This document shows, piece after piece, positions 24,466 through 31,719 of a stretch of 32,000 nucleotides of DNA. The DNA is from Vibrio cholerae ATCC 14035 (GTDB taxonomy: Bacteria; Pseudomonadota; Gammaproteobacteria; Enterobacterales; Vibrionaceae): positions 1-32,000 of the forward strand of contig NZ_KK211323.1 of NCBI RefSeq assembly GCF_000621645.1. Direction: 5' to 3'. The notes beneath the pieces are model-generated. The model searched no databases. It was not told where the DNA came from and worked only from the letters and a program-made list of their open reading frames with translations. The stretch's first letter is position 1. Each line of letters begins with the position of its first letter. A program made the translations under genes and the position numbers.

Positions 24466-25071
24466 TTAGTTCGGTGATGCAGTACCACCACCATTACCGT
24501 TACCTGTACCAAAGGTATTGGTTAAGCCCGGAGCCAATGCAATTGGCGGCGGCGTAGCAATACCTGCCGCGGTTGGTTCAGTGATTGAACCTGGGTCGGC
24601 ACCTCCAGCGATGGCAGCGATGATAATCTCGGTTGGGTCCATCAACCCAGCTTCGGCAACGGCATCTACGATCGCTTGAGCAAGCTCTTGTGGCGCACTT
24701 TCAATCGCGGCTTGTACCACATCGGCACGTTGTTCTTGAACGATACTGCGCACTGCGTCAACGGCGAGTTGTACTCGTTGGTCATCCACAACATCACTAA
24801 AAAGCACGAGATAAATTTCTCGTGTTAGTGACGGATTTAGGTTGCTCGCAAGGGCTGCGATTTGCACGGCATTCTCAGGACATGTCACCATGAGTGATGC
24901 CACCGTTGTCAGTAGATCGGTAGTTTGATTTAAAGCGCTGTTCAACTGACTCTCTTGTGTACATAGAGCAGGATCAAATGAAGCGGTAGTGTTTATTTCA
25001 GATTCTGCGAATGCATTCATGCTAGGAAAAAATGCAATCAATAGCACTAGTGGTAATGGTACGGGTTTCAT
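24466..25071 (-). CDS. Secreted Ala/Val/Gln-rich protein with a Pro/Ala/Thr/Gly low-complexity C-terminus; by position it corresponds to the rbmE/rbmF region
   Basis: 201-aa ORF with signal peptide MKPVPLPLVLLIAFFPSMNAFA/ESE and two Cys. The C-terminal tail is GSITEPTAAGIATPPPIALAPGLTNTFGTGNGNGGGTASPN. It is the only ORF of 60 aa or more on this strand between rbmD and vpsL. I cannot say which literature name (rbmE or rbmF) applies. Confidence 0.75.
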   Translation of the reverse strand: MKPVPLPLVLLIAFFPSMNAFAESEINTTASFDPALCTQESQLNSALNQTTDLLTTVASLMVTCPENAVQIAALASNLNPSLTREIYLVLFSDVVDDQRVQLAVDAVRSIVQEQRADVVQAAIESAPQELAQAIVDAVAEAGLMDPTEIIIAAIAGGADPGSITEPTAAGIATPPPIALAPGLTNTFGTGNGNGGGTASPN

Positions 25072-25273
25072 ATTGTTCTGTTTTTCCTTTCGATAAACGA
25101 TACATATTATTTCTTTATGGTATTTTAAATCACGGCTGGTCTATGTGGCTTGTTAAATAATTTGTTTTTTACTTTTCTCAAAAATAATTCAATGTAAATC
25201 CAAAATGTAATACAAATCTTATTTTTATTTAAATTGGTTCTTTCGTTTTTATTTATCTGTTTTGATTAACCTA

Positions 25274-25319
25274 TTAACCATCATAAAAGTAAACTAAAGT
25301 TTATTTTCATGGTGGTTAA
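25274..25319. promoter_or_regulatory. 46-bp extended palindrome upstream of vpsL, centred on TAAAC-TAAA-GTTTA (candidate VpsR-type activator site / core of the vpsL promoter)
   Basis: The sequence is TTAACCAtCATaaaagTAAACTAAAGTTTATtttcATGgTGGTTAA. 19 of 23 mirrored positions are complementary about the centre 25296/25297. The core 15-mer is identical to the one upstream of vpsA. Confidence 0.5.
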
Positions 25320-25560
25320 TAAGTGAGTCTCAAGGTTTTATTTGATTAAGTGTTTGTTTTATATTTATTTTTTTAATTTAATGCCAACACTAGATTATAT
25401 GAAACTTGGTTGTTTTCAATTGGTTTCATCATGTTTTTTATTTTTATTCAGTCTTAGAATTGATGCAGATATTTCTATTGATAAAGATGTAGTCTTTAAA
25501 AAAGAATTTAATACATTCCAATTATTCTTCGGGAAATCTTACATCGGTTAGGAGCGTCTA

Positions 25561-26958
25561 GTGATGAAGGAAAAAAGCAGAATACGCATTACTAACTATC
25601 ACGGTAAATTTTTCTACCGATTAATTGATAGCATTTTTATATTAGTAATTATGTATATATCGATTAAGTCGAATCAGCATGTTGTTACCATGTCTTATAT
25701 TTCGGTTGCCTTGCTAGGGGTGCTTTTTTACTCCTACATTGCAGAAAGTTTAGATATTTACAGTGGTTGGCGAACAGCAAAGCTGCGTTCACTTTCTTTA
25801 CATACGGCATTCTGTTGGGCTGCGACCATCGCTAGCTTGACCCTATTGGCTTACTTCTCCAAAACGGGGATCGAGTTTTCTCGCATGGTGATGGGCGCTT
25901 GGTTTGTCGGTTCTTTTATTGGCTTGATTGGTTGGCGTGTATTGGCATTTGCGACCATTCACTACATGCACAAAAAGGGTCTGCATACCAAGAACGCGGT
26001 CATTATCGGTATGACTACTCAAGGGCAAGAGTTATCAAATAATCTGCTCAAAAACCCTGAACTAGGGATTGTGATGCAAGGTTTTTATGATGACCGTGCG
26101 CCTGAGCGCCTTAAAGAGGGGGCGCCTGTGCTGGGCAATATCAATGATGCATTAAGCCTTGCGAAAACTGGGCAGGTGCAAAATGTCTATATTGCTTTGC
26201 CGATGCAAGCGCAGCGCCGTATCAACCAAATTTTGGATGCGTTTTCGGACAGTACGGTCAATACCTACATAGTGCCTGACTTTTTTACTTTTAATTTACT
26301 GCACTCACGTTGGTACACGATTGGTGATGTCAACGCGTTTAGCATTTTTGATACCCCCTTTAATGGTTTGCTCAACTGGGTGAAACGCTTTGAAGATCTG
26401 GTGCTGAGCAGCTTGATTTTGCTCTTGATCAGCCCAGTGTTATTGGCCGTCGCTATTGGCGTTAAGCTGAGCTCGCCTGGCCCCATCATTTTTAAACAAA
26501 ACCGCTATGGTTTAGATGGCAAGCCAATCCAAGTTTGGAAATTTCGCAGTATGCGAGTGATGGATAATGGCAGTCATGTGCAGCAAGCCACCAAAGGCGA
26601 TCCACGAGTTACACGATTTGGTGCGTTCATTCGTCGAACATCGCTGGATGAGTTACCGCAGTTTTTCAATGTGTTGCAAGGAAGTATGTCGATCGTGGGG
26701 CCAAGGCCACATGCCGTTGCGCACAACGAGCAATATCGCACCATAGTGAATCGCTACATGCTGCGTCACAAAGTGAAGCCCGGCATTACTGGATGGGCAC
26801 AGATCAATGGTTGGCGTGGTGAAACCGATACGCTCGACAAGATGGAGAAGCGAGTGCAGTTCGATCTGGACTACATCCATCGCTGGTCGCTGTGGTTTGA
26901 TCTGAAAATCGTCTTCCTGACTATTTTCAAAGGATTTGTTGGAAAAAACGCGTATTAA
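25561..26958 (+). CDS. vpsL: Initiating undecaprenyl-phosphate hexose-1-phosphate transferase (WbaP/WcaJ-type bacterial sugar transferase)
   Basis: 465-aa ORF with N-terminal TM segments and the C-terminal sugar-transferase domain (KRFEDLVLSSLILLLISPVLLAVAIGVKLSSPGPIIFKQNRYG, WKFRSM, DELPQFFNVLQGSMSIVGPRP). A TAGGAG RBS precedes it. The start is GTG 25561 or ATG 25564. Confidence 0.94.
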   Translation: MMKEKSRIRITNYHGKFFYRLIDSIFILVIMYISIKSNQHVVTMSYISVALLGVLFYSYIAESLDIYSGWRTAKLRSLSLHTAFCWAATIASLTLLAYFSKTGIEFSRMVMGAWFVGSFIGLIGWRVLAFATIHYMHKKGLHTKNAVIIGMTTQGQELSNNLLKNPELGIVMQGFYDDRAPERLKEGAPVLGNINDALSLAKTGQVQNVYIALPMQAQRRINQILDAFSDSTVNTYIVPDFFTFNLLHSRWYTIGDVNAFSIFDTPFNGLLNWVKRFEDLVLSSLILLLISPVLLAVAIGVKLSSPGPIIFKQNRYGLDGKPIQVWKFRSMRVMDNGSHVQQATKGDPRVTRFGAFIRRTSLDELPQFFNVLQGSMSIVGPRPHAVAHNEQYRTIVNRYMLRHKVKPGITGWAQINGWRGETDTLDKMEKRVQFDLDYIHRWSLWFDLKIVFLTIFKGFVGKNAY

Positions 26959-27028
26959 GACAGGGCACTTGCGTCGTAAGTGCGAGTGCTACTCTTGAAT
27001 AAATATCGATTTAAATAAGTGCAGGCAA

Positions 27029-28225
27029 ATGGAACCGATTAAACTGACTTCTCTTTTTTCAGCCAGCTTGGTCACGCTGGGTGTGACTTATGCGCCATTA
27101 GGGGTTGCGAAGCCAACGCCGAATCCTATCGTGACGGAATCTGGGATGGCGGTAGTGCCGTTTCTTAATCTTTCGACGGGCTATAACGATAACTTGGCCA
27201 AATCAAACCAGCAGCAAGACAGCTCGGCCTTCTCGGTGATTGAATCGGGAGTCGGTTTTATAGTCGAGCCGCAAAGCAGTAAAACCCAATTGGGATACCG
27301 TTTTCGCAACGGAACGTATTTTAGTTCTCAACAAGATAACTTTACCGATCACTACCTTGATCTGACCAGTGATTGGGAATTGAACTCCCGCCACCGCATT
27401 GGGTTTGAGTATAACTTAGCCTTAGCCCATGAAGGCCGTGGCGAGAACGATACGACACTCGGGCTTGATTACAACCAATATGAGAGCCACAGTGCCAATC
27501 TTGGGTATGGTTTTGGTTCAACAGAAGCGATTGGTCGGATTGAAACCAATATCGGTTGGCAAGATTTTACTTATCAAAATAACCGCACCATTACTCAATA
27601 TCAGGATTGGGATGAGCTGCGCTTTAACTCCACTTTTTATTATCAGGCATTACCGCGCACCTCGTTTATCGCGCAAGTGATTGCTAACTCTCGTCGTTAT
27701 GACCTGATCGCACCGGGAGCCAGCAGCAAAGATAATAATCACTACTTTGGTTATCTCGGTGCTTCTTGGGATGCCACAGGTAAGTTGCGAGGCAACGCAA
27801 AGCTTGGTTACCAGCAAAAAGATTTTGATGCAGCCAGCCGTAAAGACTTTGACTCTTTCTCATGGGATGTGGATGTGACTTATCTGGTTCGCACCTACTC
27901 AGCGCTCCAACTGGTGACCAATCGACGTTCGACCGACTCTGATGGCGATGGTGACGCGATTGACGCAGCGACCTATCAAGTCAACTGGTCACACAATTGG
28001 AATACCCAATGGACGACTGAAGCCGCATTAACGCGTTTAGAGGAAGACTACACGGCATCGAATCGTGATGATGAAACGACGAATGCGAGTTTACGTGCCA
28101 GCTATGATTTTCGCCGTTGGCTGACCTTTGAGTTGGGTGTAGGACGTGAGCGGAAAGACTCCAATATCGACTCGTTAAGCTATAGTCAAAATGTGTATTA
28201 CCTGTCTGTTCAGGGCGTGATGTAA
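27029..28225 (+). CDS. vpsM: Predicted outer-membrane beta-barrel protein of the VPS export machinery
   Basis: 398-aa ORF with a signal peptide (...LGVA/KP). About 16-18 amphipathic alternating strands are rich in aromatic girdle residues (QLGYRFRNGTYF, RIGFEYNLALA, ANLGYGFGS, IETNIGWQDFTY, YFGYLGASWDA, AKLGYQQKDF, LTFELGVGRER, VYYLSVQGV). Confidence 0.85.
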   Translation: MEPIKLTSLFSASLVTLGVTYAPLGVAKPTPNPIVTESGMAVVPFLNLSTGYNDNLAKSNQQQDSSAFSVIESGVGFIVEPQSSKTQLGYRFRNGTYFSSQQDNFTDHYLDLTSDWELNSRHRIGFEYNLALAHEGRGENDTTLGLDYNQYESHSANLGYGFGSTEAIGRIETNIGWQDFTYQNNRTITQYQDWDELRFNSTFYYQALPRTSFIAQVIANSRRYDLIAPGASSKDNNHYFGYLGASWDATGKLRGNAKLGYQQKDFDAASRKDFDSFSWDVDVTYLVRTYSALQLVTNRRSTDSDGDGDAIDAATYQVNWSHNWNTQWTTEAALTRLEEDYTASNRDDETTNASLRASYDFRRWLTFELGVGRERKDSNIDSLSYSQNVYYLSVQGVM

Positions 28226-28228
28226 CCC

Positions 28229-28756
28229 ATGATGAAGTACCTACTCTCTTTTTTGCTGTGCCTATTGGTATGGCCGTCATTGGCTGTCGCCAATGACGAT
28301 TTTTATCGTCTCGGTGTTGGCGATCAGATCCGTATTCAAGTCTATGACGAGCCCGAACTCTCATTTGAGACGCGGGTGAGTGACAACGGCAACATTGATT
28401 ATCCCTTCCTTGGCCGAATTCGCTTGAAAGGTAAAACCTTGGAAGAAGTCAAAACCACGATTCACGATGGTTTGCTGGATGGTTATTTGATCAACCCTAA
28501 TGTCTCCGTCTCGATCTTGGAATACCGTCCTTTCTTTGTGAATGGTCAGGTAATGAAGCCTGGAAGTTATCCTTATCATCCCGGTTTGACGGTGAACAAA
28601 GCGATCACTATTGCAGGTGGGTTTACTGAGCGTGCCTCAAAAACCAATCTGTTTATCTCCAGTAGTGACGATCCGGAAGCCAAACCGACCAAAGCCACAT
28701 TGCTGAGTAAACTTCAACCCGGTGACATACTGACAGTCGCCGAAAGCTTCTTTTAA
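28229..28756 (+). CDS. vpsN: Short outer-membrane polysaccharide export (OPX, Wza-like Poly_export + SLBB) protein
   Basis: 175-aa ORF with a signal peptide (...PSLAVA/NDD) and the Poly_export motif YRLGVGDQIRIQVY...GNIDYPFLGRIRLKGKTLEEV...FFVNGQVMKPGSYPY. It is far shorter than E. coli Wza (379 aa, from memory). Confidence 0.9.
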   Translation: MMKYLLSFLLCLLVWPSLAVANDDFYRLGVGDQIRIQVYDEPELSFETRVSDNGNIDYPFLGRIRLKGKTLEEVKTTIHDGLLDGYLINPNVSVSILEYRPFFVNGQVMKPGSYPYHPGLTVNKAITIAGGFTERASKTNLFISSSDDPEAKPTKATLLSKLQPGDILTVAESFF

Positions 28757-28780
28757 TTTTAGGGTGTAACGGTACACAAG

Positions 28781-30994
28781 ATGACAGGCAAACAATTCAC
28801 TCAAGAAGAAGTGATCGATATTCGTCAGTATTTTAATGTGCTACTTAACTATAAGTGGCGCATCTTACTTTTCTCCGTGATGGTGACGGCGATCACCTTA
28901 CTGTTCGTACTCTCAATGCGCTCAGAATACACAGCGCGTGCGACTATTTTGATTGAATCGACGCAAGCGAAAGCGGTATCCATTGAAGAAGTGTATGGGC
29001 TCGATACCAAAAGTCAGGAGTATTACCTGACCCAAATTGAGATCCTCAAATCCGACACGATCGCTCAAGAAGTCATTGAACGACTTGATTTAGCCTCCGA
29101 TCCAGAATTCGACTTAAGCCCAGAGAGCGACGCTTCTCCAAGCTTAAAAGAACGCTTGGTAGAGTGGATGCCATTCCTACAGGGATTTAAGCAGGAAGAG
29201 ACCGTCGCCGATCCTGATTTGGAAGCGTATCGCCAAAATCGACTGATCTTGTATAAGTTCAAACGCGGAATGGAGATTAGCCCGATCCGCAAAACCCAGT
29301 TGGTGAATATCTACTACACCGCAGGTGATCCTAAGTTGGCGGCGAAAATCGCGAATGAGATTGCGCGGGTGTATATGGACAGCCATTTGGAAGCCAAGTT
29401 AGAGGTAGAGCTAAAGGCGAATACTTGGCTAAATACCCGTATGGAAGAGCTGCGTACTCAATTACGAGAATCGGAAGCTAAGTTACAAGCGTTTTTGCAA
29501 GCGGAAGGCTTGGTTGATGTGCAAGGTGTTGAAGGGCTAGCAACGCAAGAGTTGGAAGAGCTGACTTCGCAGATGAACAAAGCGCGTGATCGCCGCGTGG
29601 CCGCGGAAACCCTGTATCAAGTGGCGAACAGCTACAGTAAAAATGACAGTGACTTGACGGCTTTGTCGTCGATTCCTGAAATTTCCAATCACCCAACCAT
29701 CCGTGATTTGAAAGTCGCTGAAGTGGATGCTGAGCGGAAAGTCTCTGAGTTTTCTAAGCGTTACGGCCCTAAACACCCGAAATTGAAATCGGCATCAGCA
29801 CAGTTAGAAGCGGTGCGTAAAAATCTGCGTGCAGAGCTGAGACAGCTGTTAAATGGTATCAATAACGAGCTGCAAGCGGCCAAACAGTCTGAGCGGTCAT
29901 TACAAACGGAATTTAATCAGCGTAAATCTGAGTTCCAGACCCTGACGGTAAAAAATGCTAAGTATTCTGAGCTGAAGCGCGAAGTACAAACTAACCGTGA
30001 ATTGTTTGACCTGTTTTTAGCGCGTCAAAAAGAGACCAGTGCTTCGGGGGATTTTAATACCACGATCGCTCGCTTTACTGACCAAGCCAGTGCACCATTA
30101 ACGCCGAGTAAACCCAATAAAAAATTGATTGTATTGCTTGCCTTTGTGGTGTCGTTTGGTTTTGCTTGTGTAGTGGCGTTTATCGCTGATGCGATGACTG
30201 ATACCTTTGCCGACATCAAACAGGTCGAGAAACAGCTGGCACTGAGTTTATTGGGCGTTGTTCCTGTGGTGCGTAAACAGCGTGGCAAACTGGATGCGAA
30301 AGCCTATTTTGATGAGAAACTGCGTGAGCTAACCGAAGCGGTGCGTACGATACGGACCAGCTATTTGCTTGCGCATGTCAATCAAGATCAGCATGTCGTG
30401 ATGCTCACATCTTGTCTGCCCGGAGAGGGAAAGACGACATCTAGCCTGAACTTGGCCTTGTCGTTGGCGCAAATGGAAAAAACCTTGCTGATTGACTGTG
30501 ATTTACGCAAACCGGCGATTGCGCACCGTTTTGGCATTTCTGGCTCACAACCGGGCGTCACCAATTTACTCAATGGCACGCAAAGCTTAGAAGATTGCGT
30601 CTACCATGATGAGCAATCCGGGCTCGATATTCTCACTGCGGGTGTTTATGCCTCCAACCCGTTAGAGCTGCTCTCTTCAAGCAAATTTAGTGAACTGTTG
30701 GCCGATTTACGTACTCGCTATCAACGCATTGTGATTGATACACCACCCTGTCTCGCAGTGAGCGATAGCTTTATGTTGGCGCAATACGTGGACTCGGTGA
30801 TTTTGGTGATTGATGCCAACCATACTCGAACGCCAGTCGTGCGGGAAGTGGTGGGTAAATTGACTCAGCAGGGCAGTCGTATTGATGGTGTGATACTCAA
30901 TCGTCTTAATGCGAAAAAGGCTTCACGCTACAGCGGCTATTATCACTACCAAGCTTACTATGGCGAAGAGACGAAATCGGGCGCGGCAAAGTGA
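28781..30994 (+). CDS. vpsO: Polysaccharide co-polymerase / BY-tyrosine autokinase (Wzc-like, PCP-2a)
   Basis: 737-aa ORF with an N-terminal Wzz-type TM segment, a long coiled-coil periplasmic region and a second TM segment. The kinase domain has Walker A PGEGKTTSS, Walker A' LLIDCDLRKP and Walker B IVIDTPP. The C-terminal tyrosine cluster is RYSGYYHYQAYYG. Confidence 0.95.
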   Translation: MTGKQFTQEEVIDIRQYFNVLLNYKWRILLFSVMVTAITLLFVLSMRSEYTARATILIESTQAKAVSIEEVYGLDTKSQEYYLTQIEILKSDTIAQEVIERLDLASDPEFDLSPESDASPSLKERLVEWMPFLQGFKQEETVADPDLEAYRQNRLILYKFKRGMEISPIRKTQLVNIYYTAGDPKLAAKIANEIARVYMDSHLEAKLEVELKANTWLNTRMEELRTQLRESEAKLQAFLQAEGLVDVQGVEGLATQELEELTSQMNKARDRRVAAETLYQVANSYSKNDSDLTALSSIPEISNHPTIRDLKVAEVDAERKVSEFSKRYGPKHPKLKSASAQLEAVRKNLRAELRQLLNGINNELQAAKQSERSLQTEFNQRKSEFQTLTVKNAKYSELKREVQTNRELFDLFLARQKETSASGDFNTTIARFTDQASAPLTPSKPNKKLIVLLAFVVSFGFACVVAFIADAMTDTFADIKQVEKQLALSLLGVVPVVRKQRGKLDAKAYFDEKLRELTEAVRTIRTSYLLAHVNQDQHVVMLTSCLPGEGKTTSSLNLALSLAQMEKTLLIDCDLRKPAIAHRFGISGSQPGVTNLLNGTQSLEDCVYHDEQSGLDILTAGVYASNPLELLSSSKFSELLADLRTRYQRIVIDTPPCLAVSDSFMLAQYVDSVILVIDANHTRTPVVREVVGKLTQQGSRIDGVILNRLNAKKASRYSGYYHYQAYYGEETKSGAAK

Positions 30995-31719
30995 ACGCTT
31001 TTTTTCAGTTTGGATGGCGTGTCGGGGTGGCGAGTTCTGCGTTGTGGGTGATCTATTTCGCCTTCCAGCAAGGGATCGCCTCCTTATACGGTGTTACCGC
31101 TGAGAAGGCTCTGCTAGCTTGGAATCATTCTCCGGCGACGCTCTCGGCCGTGGATGATGCGCACAAGGCTATCCAGAGTGCGATTGAGTATAGCCCTGAA
31201 CATCCGCAGTATTATTTTTTACAGGGACGGATTTTTCAGTGGCAAGCGTATCTTGCTCAGGAGCAAGATACGCAGCAAGCGTTGCATGCGGCTAAAACCG
31301 CGTTTCTGGAGAGTGCCGAGCGGCGCCCAACTTGGCCTGACACTTGGGCTGAATTGTTAAAGATTGAAGCTCAGTTATCTGCTCATGATGCAACGCAGCC
31401 TCATTCGAGCAAGGACTCTCTCGATAAATTTATGCGCAATGCTGACCGGTATGGGCCGTATACACCAGCCGTGAATATTGCCATCTCGCAGGTGGGGTTA
31501 GCACACTGGAAACAGTGGGATAGTGAACAAAAGTGGTTGGTGATTGAACATCTGGCGCGCGGACTAGACGGCAAAAACAGTCGACACCTTTTGGCGGATT
31601 ACCTAAAATCGGCGCATCAGTTCAAACTGGCTTGCACTTTAGCCTCACGCCGTGAGCCCAAATTAGAGATTTCCATTTGCAACAGCGTCCAGTTTCTTTG
31701 GTGTTGTTTGGCTTGTTAG
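30991..31719 (+). CDS. vpsP: VPS-cluster protein of unknown function (N-terminal TM anchor, helical repeat-like body)
   Basis: 242-aa ORF whose GTG start overlaps the vpsO stop (GTGA). It has one N-terminal hydrophobic segment (VGVASSALWVIYFAF). The rest is soluble and helical-looking (possibly TPR-like; not verifiable by eye). Confidence 0.75.
   Translation: MNAFFQFGWRVGVASSALWVIYFAFQQGIASLYGVTAEKALLAWNHSPATLSAVDDAHKAIQSAIEYSPEHPQYYFLQGRIFQWQAYLAQEQDTQQALHAAKTAFLESAERRPTWPDTWAELLKIEAQLSAHDATQPHSSKDSLDKFMRNADRYGPYTPAVNIAISQVGLAHWKQWDSEQKWLVIEHLARGLDGKNSRHLLADYLKSAHQFKLACTLASRREPKLEISICNSVQFLWCCLAC

Noticed and set aside
25342-25551. A 69-aa TTG-initiated ORF in the vpsL upstream region, considered as a possible leader peptide or the missing rbmE/rbmF.
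   Set aside because: It is on the wrong strand for rbm genes. Its Phe/Ile/Lys/Leu-rich translation is dictated by roughly 20-28% GC DNA, and it has no SD. It is most likely non-coding.
27981-28364. A 127-aa antisense ORF across the vpsM/vpsN junction, plus other antisense ORFs in vpsO (29065-30579).
   Set aside because: They are embedded opposite strongly supported export genes. Their sequences are Arg/Ser/His-rich and lack features.
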